Shown here piece by piece: positions 26,084 to 35,523 of a stretch of 41,675 nucleotides of DNA. How positions within the stretch are numbered: position 1 is the stretch's first letter; each line of letters begins with the position of its first letter. Both the position numbers and the translations under genes were made by a program. This DNA is from a virus. Its lineage: Duplodnaviria > Caudoviricetes. Location of the stretch: positions 1 through 41,675 of IMG/VR virus record IMGVR_UViG_3300048577_000476; one strand, 5' to 3'. Below the pieces are notes generated by a model. The model worked only from the letters and a program-made list of their open reading frames with translations, searched no databases and was not told where the DNA came from.

Positions 26084-26607
26084 GCGCCTTCGACGAATTG
26101 GGCCGACTCATTCTCGCGCTGGAAAAGCGGATCGAGCAGCTCGACCGCCGTCTCAACAACACGGTGCGTGAGGCCAAGGTGGTCGAGGTCGACGCCAGCA
26201 AGGGCATCGCCAAGGTCGAGGCGCACGGGCTGAAGAGCGGCTGGTCGCCGTGGCTCGCGCGCGCCGGCGACATCATCGAATGGGAGCCGCCCACGGTCGG
26301 CGAGCGCGTGCTGTTCATCTCGCCGACCGGCGAGCCCGGGCAAGGGCTGATCCTGCAGGGCGGCTACTCCAACCAGTTCCCGCAGCCGTCGACCGACAAG
26401 GGCGAGCGCCTGGTCAAGCTCGGCGACAACATCATCAGCATGACCAAGGACCGCACCATCGCCGGATTCAAGAACGGCGGGCGGATGATCGCGAAGAAGA
26501 ACCTGGTCAAGCTGAAGGTGAAGAACACCACGCATGTGGTGCTCACCGAGAACGGAATCATCGTGTCCCACGCGCCCGAGCTCGGGCCCGACCCGGACAG
26601 CGACTGA
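26080..26607 (+). CDS. Baseplate spike protein (P2 gpV-like)
   Basis: SGWSPWLARAG...WEPPTVGERV..ISPTGE. Confidence 0.85.
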   Translation: MSAFDELGRLILALEKRIEQLDRRLNNTVREAKVVEVDASKGIAKVEAHGLKSGWSPWLARAGDIIEWEPPTVGERVLFISPTGEPGQGLILQGGYSNQFPQPSTDKGERLVKLGDNIISMTKDRTIAGFKNGGRMIAKKNLVKLKVKNTTHVVLTENGIIVSHAPELGPDPDSD

Positions 26608-26622
26608 AGAAGGAGAAGCGCC

Positions 26623-26829
26623 TTGAAGTACACGGTCATCAACGAAGGCTGGCTCGACGGCAACTACCGCGCCAAGGGCGAGATCTTGGAGATGTCGGCC
26701 GAGCAGGCCAAGTGGCTGCTGAAGGCCGGCTCGATCGCGCCCTGCGAGCCGGCAAAGCCGGAGCCCGCGCCGCCGGCGCCTGATGCGAAGGTTGCGGAGA
26801 AGCCGAAGCGCAGCAAGGACGTCGACTGA
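26623..26829 (+). CDS. Small hypothetical protein
   Basis: AAGGAGA RBS, TTG start, coupled to gpW. Confidence 0.6.
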   Translation: MKYTVINEGWLDGNYRAKGEILEMSAEQAKWLLKAGSIAPCEPAKPEPAPPAPDAKVAEKPKRSKDVD

Positions 26830-27164
26830 TGCGCGGCACGTCGGCCGTCAGCCTCACGCCGCTGGAAGGATGGGATCACGTGGTGCAGTCCATCACCGAC
26901 ATCCTGACCACGCCGCTTGGCTCGCGGGTGCTGCGGCGCGACTACGGCTCCATGATTCCGGCGCTGCTCGATCGGCCGATGAACGAGATGACCGTGCTCG
27001 ACTTCGTCATCGCCACGGCCGACGCCCTCGATCGGTGGGAGCCGCGCGTGCGCCTGGAACGGGTGCAGCTGGTCGAGGCCGGCGCCGAAGGCGTCGGCGC
27101 GCTGGATCTCGACCTGGTCTACCTGGAGGACGGCAGCACCGTCACGGCGAGGGTGGCGCTATGA
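26829..27164 (+). CDS. Baseplate wedge protein gpW/gp25
   Basis: HVVQSITDILTTPLGSRVLRRDYGS...WEPRV. Confidence 0.92.
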   Translation: MRGTSAVSLTPLEGWDHVVQSITDILTTPLGSRVLRRDYGSMIPALLDRPMNEMTVLDFVIATADALDRWEPRVRLERVQLVEAGAEGVGALDLDLVYLEDGSTVTARVAL

Positions 27165-28003
27165 GACAGCCCTCGACCATCGACCTCTCGCAGCTGCCGC
27201 CGCCGGCGCTGATCGATGCGCTCGACGCGGAGAGCTACGTCGCGGCCGCGATCGCCGACTACAGGGCGCGCTGGCCGGAATGGACTGCGGTGCTGGAGTC
27301 CGAGCCGGTCATCAAGTTCGTCGAGGTCCTCGCCTACCGCGAGGCCCTGCTGCGCGCGCGCGTCAACACGGCGGCGCTCGCCACCTTGCTCGCCAAGTCG
27401 TTCGGCGCCGATCTCGACCACATCGGCGCGCGCTTCAACGTAGCGCGCCTTGCGGGTGAGGCGGACGAGCGCTTCCGCCGGCGCATCCAGCTGGCGCCGG
27501 AAGCGTTCTCGACCGCCGGCCCTCCGGGCGCTTACGAGTTCTGGGCGCTCACGCTCGCGCCCTCGATCGCCGACGCCTATGCCTACTCGCCGCAGCCAGG
27601 CGTGGTCCATGTCATGGTGGCCATGGAGGACGGCGCCGACGTCGCTCCGGACGACATCACCGCGATCGCCGAGTTTCTCGCGCGCGAAGACGTCGGCCCG
27701 CTCACCGATGCGGTGTCGGTGCTGGCGGCCGAGCGCGTCGACTACACGATCCAGGCCACGCTGCAGATCCGGCGCGGCCCCGATCCGCAGGCCGTCAAGG
27801 CGCAGGCGCTGGCGCGGCTCGCGGCCTACCGCGCCGAGCGCTACGCCATCGGCAACCATGTCTATCGCGTGGGCATCACCGCGGCGCTCAAGGCCGGCGG
27901 CGTCGACAACGTGCTAATGCCGACGCCGGCCAGCGACGTCGTGATCGGCCAGCACCAGGTGGCGCGGCTGGTCTTAACGGTCATTGAAACGGCGGTGATC
28001 TGA
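27161..28003 (+). CDS. Baseplate J-like protein
   Basis: IDLSQLPPP, AYREALLRARVN, DLDHIGA, STAGPPGAYEF, PLTDAV. Confidence 0.92.
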   Translation: MRQPSTIDLSQLPPPALIDALDAESYVAAAIADYRARWPEWTAVLESEPVIKFVEVLAYREALLRARVNTAALATLLAKSFGADLDHIGARFNVARLAGEADERFRRRIQLAPEAFSTAGPPGAYEFWALTLAPSIADAYAYSPQPGVVHVMVAMEDGADVAPDDITAIAEFLAREDVGPLTDAVSVLAAERVDYTIQATLQIRRGPDPQAVKAQALARLAAYRAERYAIGNHVYRVGITAALKAGGVDNVLMPTPASDVVIGQHQVARLVLTVIETAVI

Positions 28004-29262
28004 TGTTGCCAGCCGCTCACGAACACCTGCTTCCGCCCAATGCCAGCCCGGACGAGCGCACCGTTGCCGCGCTGACCGACCGCATCACCGCGATCCCGTC
28101 GCCGATCGAAGCGATGCACCGGCCGGCCGTGAGCCCGGCACGCTTTCTGCCCTGGCTCGCCTGGGAATGGTCGATCGACATCTGGGACGAGAGCTGGAGC
28201 GACGAGCGCAAGCGCCGGGTGATTGCGCAGAGCTTCGACCTGCACCGCTTCAAGGGCACGCCGCGGGGCCTGCGCGATCACGTCGCCCTGGTCGACGCCA
28301 GCATCGTGCAGCTCGTGCGCCCGCCGCAGGGCGCCTATGCCGGCCGCGACCTCACTAAGGCCGAGATGGACGCCTGGTTGCGGACCATGCCGCAGATCCG
28401 CGTCTACCTCGCGCGCGAGACCGGCCACGCCGGCGCCAGCGCCTTCGCCGGGCAGGATTTTGCCGATGACGGCTTCGGCTTGATCGACGAAGGTCGCGCG
28501 CTGCTCGGCCGCGCCGCGAGGCTGTGGGACCGCGGCCTCACAACGCCGCTGGTGCTGCACGAGCTGACAACGGCGCGCGAGGAGCGGCTCGGACTGCGCA
28601 TCGAGCGCGTGATGATCCCCGGCAAGGCCGGCCGCGACACGCTGTTCGCCGACGTCTCGTTCGTGGGTGACGCCTTCGTCGACGCGAGCGAGGCGGAGCC
28701 GCGGTTCGTCACGTATCGGCAGGACGTTGCCTACCAGCATGTCGCCTCCGCGCTGTCGATGCGCTCGGTGCGGCCAGGGCTCGATCCGGTCGACGTGCGC
28801 TCGGAGCGCATCAGCGATCGCGGCGTTGGCGACGACGTGTCGTTCTGCGATGGCGCCTTCGCCGAGGATGCCTTTGCCGGAGACGATCAGGCCGCCTGGA
28901 TGCTTTACGACCGGATCGTGCTGCACGATCCGGCGCGGGCCGCCCCGGTGATCGATGGCTGGTCATTCTACGACGATGCGCGGCTCGCCATCGCCGACTA
29001 CACGGCCATGGCGGTCATTGACCTGCAGCTCGAGGCGGAGCCGCGCGCCGGCTTTTGCGAGGACAGTTTCGCCGACGACGAATTCGCCGCGGACGAGGAC
29101 GACAGCCGCCGCGAACAGGTGCGTAGCGCGATCATCGCTTCGAAGGCTGCACGCGATTGCGTCCTGGTCACCCACAAAATGCGCCGCCCGCTGACACTCA
29201 GTGACGGCATCCCGCTCGATGGCAGCTACCGCCTCGGCGGCACCACCACGTTTCGTCTCTAA
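28003..29262 (+). CDS. P2 gpI-like tail/baseplate protein with long C-terminal extension
   Basis: LLPPNAS, FLPWLAWEWSIDIWD, HRFKGT. Confidence 0.85.
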   Translation: MLPAAHEHLLPPNASPDERTVAALTDRITAIPSPIEAMHRPAVSPARFLPWLAWEWSIDIWDESWSDERKRRVIAQSFDLHRFKGTPRGLRDHVALVDASIVQLVRPPQGAYAGRDLTKAEMDAWLRTMPQIRVYLARETGHAGASAFAGQDFADDGFGLIDEGRALLGRAARLWDRGLTTPLVLHELTTAREERLGLRIERVMIPGKAGRDTLFADVSFVGDAFVDASEAEPRFVTYRQDVAYQHVASALSMRSVRPGLDPVDVRSERISDRGVGDDVSFCDGAFAEDAFAGDDQAAWMLYDRIVLHDPARAAPVIDGWSFYDDARLAIADYTAMAVIDLQLEAEPRAGFCEDSFADDEFAADEDDSRREQVRSAIIASKAARDCVLVTHKMRRPLTLSDGIPLDGSYRLGGTTTFRL

Positions 29263-29285
29263 CGGAGAGCAAAACGGAGAGCAAA

Positions 29286-31556
29286 ATGGAACGCATCGTC
29301 AAAATCTGGCCCAACCAGAAGATCACATCCGGAGACCAGAACAATTTGGGGCTGTTCGCGCGCGCCTCGCTCGATCACGTCGTCAATGACGCCGTCGATC
29401 CCGGTAAGAAGTTCACCGGGTTTCCGGTGACGCAGAGCGGCCCGCTGGAGATCACGGTCGGTGCCGGCCGATTCTATGGCAACGGCCGCGTGTATTATCG
29501 CGATGACGCCGGCGGCATCGTGTTGCAGCTCGCCGACTATATCCCGCTCGTCACCAAGCGCATCGTTACCGTTGCCGTGTGGGGCCAGGAGGTGATGACG
29601 GCGGTCGAGCCGCGCACCTTCTTGGAAGACGCCACCACGCGGGCGACCTATGCCGATTCGGTGGCGACCGAAAGCAGGCGCCACGCCGAGATCAACCTGG
29701 TGTCCGGCCTCGAAGCCGTCGAGCCCCAGCCCGCGGGGCTCGACGCAAATGTGCTTGCCGTTGCCTATGTCACCTTGTCGCCGGCCGGCATCGTCTCGAT
29801 CGTGGCGGCGGAATCTAACCGGCTCTCTTCGGTCGCGGCCAATACGACCAAAATCAACGGGCTGGAGAGCTGGCGCAATCTCGCCGGCGCCCGGCTCGAC
29901 ACGCTCGCCTCCGATCTCGCCGGCCTCAACGCGCGGACGCGCGGCATGGTCACGCGGAACACCTTCAACGAGGTCGCCGCGGATGTCGCAAGATTGAAGG
30001 ACATCGCCGACTTGCCGACCGATCTGTCCAGCTATGGAGCCGATCACTTCCTCGACATGTCGGGCAGCGACGACACGCACCCGGACTGGCTGGCGCGCGT
30101 CGAAGAAGGCATCCGCTTTCCGGCGGCACAGCAGCGAGTGGCGCAGCTGGCGATCCTCAACCAGTTCGATGCGAACGTGCGGATCATTGGCGGCCTGTTG
30201 CTGCCGAAGTACGGCGAGGTCGCGCGGATTGCTGTTTCTGGCAACGATGCGGAGTTCTCGCTCTCGCAGTATTCGTACCAGACGATCCAGATCGAGGAAT
30301 TGACCCGCACCCGCACCCGCGTGCGCTACGGCCAAACCTATCTCTACTGCACCAATTCGGCCTGGTGGCGGTCCGGTCAATACAACCAGGCGCAGGGCAC
30401 CTTCGCGCGCGCAGGAGAGACATACGAAGTCATCGAATGGATTCCCGGCGTGTACGGTCCGCAGTCGGCGGCACGGGTGCGGCAGTACTGGGTCGACACC
30501 TGGGAAGAGAGCTACACCGAGGCGCGCACGGTCACGGAGAGCGTCTCGGGGTCGATCAGCTCGCAGACCTTCCTGAACTCGCAAGACGGGTGGTTGACGA
30601 AGGTGCGGCTGCCGTTCACGCGCGTCGCAACGACGGGTGATGTGCACATCCTGATCACCGAGACCACGGGCGGCGCGCCCGACCTCAACAGGGTCATCGC
30701 CCGCGTCACCGTCGAAGCCGAGGATCTCCGGGTGCTCCCGCTGAAGACAGACGTGCCGATCGGCCCGGTGCATCTCACCGCCGGACGCTACGCGGTGGTG
30801 TGGGTCACCCCGGGAAATCACTTCATGGCGCTCGTCTCGGGCAACAAGTACCTCGAAGGCTCGTTCTTCCAGTGCACCGACGGCGCCTGGTTCCAGGGGG
30901 ACCTGACGCGGGACGTGCCGCTGGAACTGCTGTTCGCCGAATTCCTCGCGCCGCGGATCGAGGTGCAGATGCAGCCGATCTCGCTGGAAAACGGCATCGC
31001 CAACATCGACTTCCTCACCGAGGCGATCGTCCCCGCGGGCACCGAGATTCACTACGAAGTGCAGATCAATTCGGTGTGGAAGCGCATCGGAACCGACCAG
31101 AACCTTCTCAATGGGCTGCCGGCTCTGTTGCCGTTCCGGATCGTCTTCCTCGGCACCACGGACATCCAGCCTGCCATCGCGCTCGGCGCACCGTCGACCG
31201 TGACGACGTGGCGCCCGCGCACCGACTTCAAGCACGTGTCCGATACGATCGAGCTCGCGGAGGAATGCGACACGATCGAAATCCGCGTGCAGGTGGAGTG
31301 GTGGGACGACGATCGCCACGAGGTGGATTGCAAACTTCTGACCGGCGGCACCTTCGCGACGGAAACCTCATCGACCAGCGTCGAGGAACGGCTGCTTCCC
31401 GATCTCAACGGCGCGCAGAACCGGCGCGAGTATCGCTTCCGCTTCGAGCCGGTCGCGCCGATCGACACGTTCAAGATCCTGATCAAGGGGGAGACGAACA
31501 ATGCGCTGGTGACGTTCCACGTCTCCGAGCGCGTCTACATGGGGTGGGCGGCCTGA
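29286..31556 (+). CDS. Large baseplate/proximal tail-fibre structural protein
   Basis: 756-aa beta-rich ORF after gpI with phage codon usage. Confidence 0.7.
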   Translation: MERIVKIWPNQKITSGDQNNLGLFARASLDHVVNDAVDPGKKFTGFPVTQSGPLEITVGAGRFYGNGRVYYRDDAGGIVLQLADYIPLVTKRIVTVAVWGQEVMTAVEPRTFLEDATTRATYADSVATESRRHAEINLVSGLEAVEPQPAGLDANVLAVAYVTLSPAGIVSIVAAESNRLSSVAANTTKINGLESWRNLAGARLDTLASDLAGLNARTRGMVTRNTFNEVAADVARLKDIADLPTDLSSYGADHFLDMSGSDDTHPDWLARVEEGIRFPAAQQRVAQLAILNQFDANVRIIGGLLLPKYGEVARIAVSGNDAEFSLSQYSYQTIQIEELTRTRTRVRYGQTYLYCTNSAWWRSGQYNQAQGTFARAGETYEVIEWIPGVYGPQSAARVRQYWVDTWEESYTEARTVTESVSGSISSQTFLNSQDGWLTKVRLPFTRVATTGDVHILITETTGGAPDLNRVIARVTVEAEDLRVLPLKTDVPIGPVHLTAGRYAVVWVTPGNHFMALVSGNKYLEGSFFQCTDGAWFQGDLTRDVPLELLFAEFLAPRIEVQMQPISLENGIANIDFLTEAIVPAGTEIHYEVQINSVWKRIGTDQNLLNGLPALLPFRIVFLGTTDIQPAIALGAPSTVTTWRPRTDFKHVSDTIELAEECDTIEIRVQVEWWDDDRHEVDCKLLTGGTFATETSSTSVEERLLPDLNGAQNRREYRFRFEPVAPIDTFKILIKGETNNALVTFHVSERVYMGWAA

Positions 31557-31581
31557 TCATAGGTAAAGACTGGAGAAGCAA

Positions 31582-31782
31582 ATGTCGAAAGCGCCGAAAA
31601 AGACCACGGACATCGATCCCGCCAAGGAATACCGGGTGAGGTTCAAGAAATTCCATCAGGTGAAGCGGCAGGAGTTCCGGCCGCTGCACGTCTACTACAT
31701 GAGCGGCGCGCTCCTCGCGGAGCTGCCTGCCGAGAAGATCGCCACGTTCGAGGTTGCGGAGCCGCTGCGCTATGATCGATAG
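31582..31782 (+). CDS. Small hypothetical tail-region protein
   Basis: GGAGA RBS; overlaps the next gene. Confidence 0.6.
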   Translation: MSKAPKKTTDIDPAKEYRVRFKKFHQVKRQEFRPLHVYYMSGALLAELPAEKIATFEVAEPLRYDR

Positions 31783-32857
31783 CTTCGTCCAGCAGTTCTC
31801 TGCGGCGACCCTGCAGGCGTTGACGCCCGCGGCCTGGGATTCGCTGATCAAGACGCTGGACGTCCGGCTGAAGTCGGTCGAGGACAAGAAGGCGGACTTC
31901 GACGCGGTGGTCAAGCAGCTCCAGGAGATCGGCCTCGCGCGGATCAACGAGGCGCTGCTGCCGGCGTTCCAGGAAATTGCAGGGCTGACCCAGCTCGGCG
32001 CGCTGTTCACGGCGCAGAGCACGACCACGGTTGCGATCGGCACCGGGGCGCATCAGTTCACGATCGCCCTGGCAGGCCGCGACCGCTTCGCGCCCACGGC
32101 CTATCTCCTGATCCGCAGCGACAGCCAGCCGGCGGCGGCGATGCTGGGTGAGCTCGTCTCATACGACCGGCCGACCGGCACGCTCACCGTCACCGTCGAC
32201 CAGGTCTCCGGCGCGGGCAGCCATAGTGACTGGACCATCACACCGTCGCCGGCGCCGAATCTCGGACATGATGCCCGCACCGACAACCCGCATCAGGTGA
32301 CCGCGGCGCAGGTCGGCGCATACACGCAGGCGCAGATCGATGCGCTGCTCACGGCGGTTGCCAGCGACCTCGGCAATCGCCTGCGATTCGACGCCGCGCA
32401 GGCCTTGACCGCGCCGCAGAAGACCCAGGCCGCGACAAACCTCGGCCTCGGCGGCGCCGCGACCAAAGCGCTTGCGACGACTGCCGAGCTTCGCGCGAAC
32501 ACCAACGCCAACGTCATCACGACCGACAAGGCGTGGGACGCCTCGAAGTGGCAGTCGCTCGGCAACATCAGCGGCTCGGTCACCATCGACGCCAGCACCG
32601 GCTGTCGCTTCTACGGGACGCTGACGGGCAACGTCACCATCGACGTGTCAAACCTCAAGGACGGCCAGCCCCTTGAAATCATCCTCGTACAGGATGCGAC
32701 TGGTTCGCGTACCGTGGGCTGGGCTTCCAAGTTCAAGTGGCCGGGCGCACAGGTGCCGGGTGTTACGACCAATGCCAACACCATCGCCGTTGTCGCCTCA
32801 TGTGAAGGAACGTGGGACGCGAGCATCGTCATCGGCGCGGGCTGGAAGGTGACGTGA
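31772..32857 (+). CDS. Tail fibre protein
   Basis: Coiled-coil N-terminus; HDARTDNPHQVTAAQVGAY, QALTAPQKTQAATNLG and TLTGNVT...QDATGSRT fibre-type motifs. Confidence 0.8.
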   Translation: MIDSFVQQFSAATLQALTPAAWDSLIKTLDVRLKSVEDKKADFDAVVKQLQEIGLARINEALLPAFQEIAGLTQLGALFTAQSTTTVAIGTGAHQFTIALAGRDRFAPTAYLLIRSDSQPAAAMLGELVSYDRPTGTLTVTVDQVSGAGSHSDWTITPSPAPNLGHDARTDNPHQVTAAQVGAYTQAQIDALLTAVASDLGNRLRFDAAQALTAPQKTQAATNLGLGGAATKALATTAELRANTNANVITTDKAWDASKWQSLGNISGSVTIDASTGCRFYGTLTGNVTIDVSNLKDGQPLEIILVQDATGSRTVGWASKFKWPGAQVPGVTTNANTIAVVASCEGTWDASIVIGAGWKVT

Positions 32858-33366
32858 TGCTTCCGTTTCATCGCCGAATGCTTGGGTCGGCCCGTCCCGT
32901 CACACCAGGCAGCGCGAGCTACACCATACCCGGAACGTTCTCGTTCGTCGTGCCTGAATACTACACACTCACCATCGACCTTAGCGGCGCTGGCGGTGGT
33001 GGAGCAGCGAGAAATTATACCGCTGCCAGCGGCGCACCAACGCAGATCACCTCTCTTGGGCTTATCGCTGGCGGTGGTGGTGGTTCGTATAATGTATCCC
33101 CCGGCGTGAACGCGCCGGGCGTATCTGGCAGCGCGTCTGGTGGTGATACTAACATCACGGGAGGCGGCGCGGCTGGCGGCGCGGCCGGTCTGCTTGGACA
33201 ACCCGGTGGACCGGGCGGTCGCTGCGTCAAAACGTACACCTATGGAGCGCCCGGCGCTCCCGTGCCTGGCGCGTTGCTCACCATTAGCGTTGGCTCTGGA
33301 GGGGCCGGTGCTGGATCGGGCGGCGGCGCGGGCGGTAACGGAAATGCTGCGCTGAGCTGGAATTAA
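32857..33366 (+). CDS. Glycine-rich tail-fibre tip/adhesin-like protein
   Basis: TGATG coupling; GAGGGG, GGGGGS, GGPGG, VGSGGAG repeats; atypical codon usage. Confidence 0.7.
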   Translation: MLPFHRRMLGSARPVTPGSASYTIPGTFSFVVPEYYTLTIDLSGAGGGGAARNYTAASGAPTQITSLGLIAGGGGGSYNVSPGVNAPGVSGSASGGDTNITGGGAAGGAAGLLGQPGGPGGRCVKTYTYGAPGAPVPGALLTISVGSGGAGAGSGGGAGGNGNAALSWN

Positions 33367-33381
33367 AGAGGATCGTTTAAT

Positions 33382-33987
33382 ATGCACATCGTGCGCGAGG
33401 CCGTGCCGGACACGTTTGAGGAAGTGGTTTATCTCCCTTCAATCGTCGCGCCTGACGGTACGCAATACCCGTGGCAGATCGTTGACCTGTGGTCTGACGC
33501 GGAGCTTGAAACGCTCGGCATCTATCGCGTCGAGCCTGTAGAGACCCCCGAAGGGAAGCTCCTCGTCGGCTATGAGTTCGGCCGCGACGGAAGCGGCAAG
33601 GTCTCCTACATCCCCACCTTCGAGGACATTCCGGTGCCCGGTCCCCCTTCGGTGCAGGAACTCGCAGCCTACGCCGCAGAGGCCCGCTACCGTAAGGAGA
33701 TCGCGGGTGTCGCGTGGGGGGACTACATCATCCAGACCGACCGCGAGAGTCAGTCCAAGATGCTCGCGGAGTTCGTGGCGATGGGCGCGGGCCTGCGCGC
33801 CGATCCGTCGCCCTGGAAATTTGCCGACAACAAGTTCGCGGTCCTCAGCAACGCGGACATGGCTGCCGTCTGCCTCGCCGGCCGCGCTCATGTCGCCGCA
33901 GCGTTCGCTGCCGAGCAGACGGTGCAGGACGCGATCACTGCCGGTACCATCACGACGTTCGCGGAGATCGACTCCGCCTTCGCGTGA
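33382..33987 (+). CDS. DUF4376-like tail-fibre-associated protein
   Basis: RYRKEIAG...IQTDRESQ...WKFADNKF...HVAAAFAAE. Confidence 0.75.
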   Translation: MHIVREAVPDTFEEVVYLPSIVAPDGTQYPWQIVDLWSDAELETLGIYRVEPVETPEGKLLVGYEFGRDGSGKVSYIPTFEDIPVPGPPSVQELAAYAAEARYRKEIAGVAWGDYIIQTDRESQSKMLAEFVAMGAGLRADPSPWKFADNKFAVLSNADMAAVCLAGRAHVAAAFAAEQTVQDAITAGTITTFAEIDSAFA

Positions 33988-33993
33988 GTGGTC

Positions 33994-34038
33994 CTGACAT
34001 GTGACAGGGTTCGTCGCCGCCGCCCGAAGAACTACGGT
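33994..34038 (+). promoter_or_regulatory. Late promoter 3 (tail sheath operon)
   Basis: CTGACA-TG-TGACAG-GGTT, 21 nt, TACGGT. Confidence 0.7.
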
Positions 34039-34072
34039 CCAATAGCACAATCAGCGCATTGCGAGCAAAACC

Positions 34073-35512
34073 ATGACCGATCAATTTTTGCACGGTATCG
34101 AGACCATCGAGAATGACTCCGGCGGCCGCCCGGTCCAGACCGTCAAGTCGTCCGTCATCGGTCTCATCGGCACCGCGCCCGATGCGGACGCCGGCAACTG
34201 GCCGCTCAACCAGCCGATCCTCATCACCGGCGAGCGCGGCGTGCCTGCAGGTCTCGGCACGGACGGCGAGCTCCCCGACGCGCTCGATGCGATCTTCGAC
34301 CAGGCGAGCGCCACCGTGGTGGCGGTGCGGGTGGCCGAAGGCGTCAACATGGCGGCGACCGTCGCCAACATGCTCGGCAACCGCACCCAGCGCACCGGCG
34401 TCCACGCCTTCACGCGCGCCGGCGTCGAGCTCGGGGTCAAGCCGCGGCTCCTGACCGCGCCGGGCTACACGTCCTATCGGCCGGCCGATGGCGTCAAGGC
34501 GATCGCCGTCACCAGCGGCGGCGCCGACTATGTCGCGGGGCAGACCACGATCACGATTTCCGGCGGCGGCATCGTCGGCGCCGCGGCGCATCCGGTGATC
34601 GTCGATGGCGCGATCACCGAGGTCATCATCGACAATCCCGGCCAGGGTGGCGCGGCCGGCACCACGGTGGCGACCGTGACCGGAACTGGCGCCGGCGCGA
34701 CGCTCGCCGTGACCATCGGCACGGTCGCCAACCCGATCGTCGCCGAGTTGTCCGGCATCGCACAGCGCCTGCGCGCCATGATCGCCGCCGACGGCCCGAA
34801 CACCACCAAGGAAGCCGCCGTGCAGTACCGTCAGGACTGGGGCAGCGACCGCATCATGGTGATCGATCCCCACGTCAAGGTGCAGAAGGGCACGAGCGTG
34901 GTCGCGCAGCCGGCGTCGCCGCGCGTCGTCGGCGTCCAGGCCGGCCTCGACAACACCCGCGGCTTCTGGTGGAGCCCGTCGAACCAGATTCTCAACGGCG
35001 TGATCGGCATCGCGCGGCCGATCGACTGGGCGCTCAACGACCGCGAGACCGAGGCCAACTACCTCAACGAGCACCACGTCACGACGGTGATCCGCGACTA
35101 CGAGAACGGCGGCTTCAAATTGTGGGGCAACCGCGTTACCTCGGGCGACAGCCTGAAGTTCTTCTGGTCGGTGCGCCGCACCCACGACATGATCATCGAG
35201 TCGATCGAGATCGCGAGCCTGATCTTCGTCGACCGGCCGTTCTCGCGCCAGCTGCTGCTCGACATCGCCGACACGGTCAACGCCTATCTGCGCACGCTCA
35301 CGCGCCGCGGCGCGATCCTCGGCGGCGTCTGCTGGCTCGATCCCACACTCAACACGCCCGACCAGCTCGCCGCCGGCAAGCTGTTCGTATCATACGACGC
35401 CGAAGGTCCGGCGCCGCTCGAACACCTGGTGTTCGAATTTAACAGGAATACCGGGTACTACCGCGAACTCACCGAGCAGGCCGCGCGCGAGATCGCGCGC
35501 CTCGCCGCCTGA
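34073..35512 (+). CDS. Contractile tail sheath protein (P2 FI-like)
   Basis: FLHGIE, SVIGLIGTAPDA, KPRLLTAPG, GFWWSPSN, FKLWGNR, VRRT.D. Confidence 0.93.
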   Translation: MTDQFLHGIETIENDSGGRPVQTVKSSVIGLIGTAPDADAGNWPLNQPILITGERGVPAGLGTDGELPDALDAIFDQASATVVAVRVAEGVNMAATVANMLGNRTQRTGVHAFTRAGVELGVKPRLLTAPGYTSYRPADGVKAIAVTSGGADYVAGQTTITISGGGIVGAAAHPVIVDGAITEVIIDNPGQGGAAGTTVATVTGTGAGATLAVTIGTVANPIVAELSGIAQRLRAMIAADGPNTTKEAAVQYRQDWGSDRIMVIDPHVKVQKGTSVVAQPASPRVVGVQAGLDNTRGFWWSPSNQILNGVIGIARPIDWALNDRETEANYLNEHHVTTVIRDYENGGFKLWGNRVTSGDSLKFFWSVRRTHDMIIESIEIASLIFVDRPFSRQLLLDIADTVNAYLRTLTRRGAILGGVCWLDPTLNTPDQLAAGKLFVSYDAEGPAPLEHLVFEFNRNTGYYRELTEQAAREIARLAA

Positions 35513-35523
35513 TGGAGGCTTGA

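Noticed and set aside
29259-31319. Long antisense ORFs (e.g. 686 aa here; also 21856-23226, 33950-35185, 39212-40543)
   Set aside because: Shadow frames of high-GC coding genes; no motifs, and each lies opposite a well-supported gene.
33363-33380. CtrA box (TTAA...TTAA)
   Set aside because: The spacer is 10 nt, not the canonical 7.
31772-33987. Invertible G segment or diversity-generating retroelement at the tail fibre
   Set aside because: No invertase, reverse transcriptase, inverted repeats or duplicated variable region seen.
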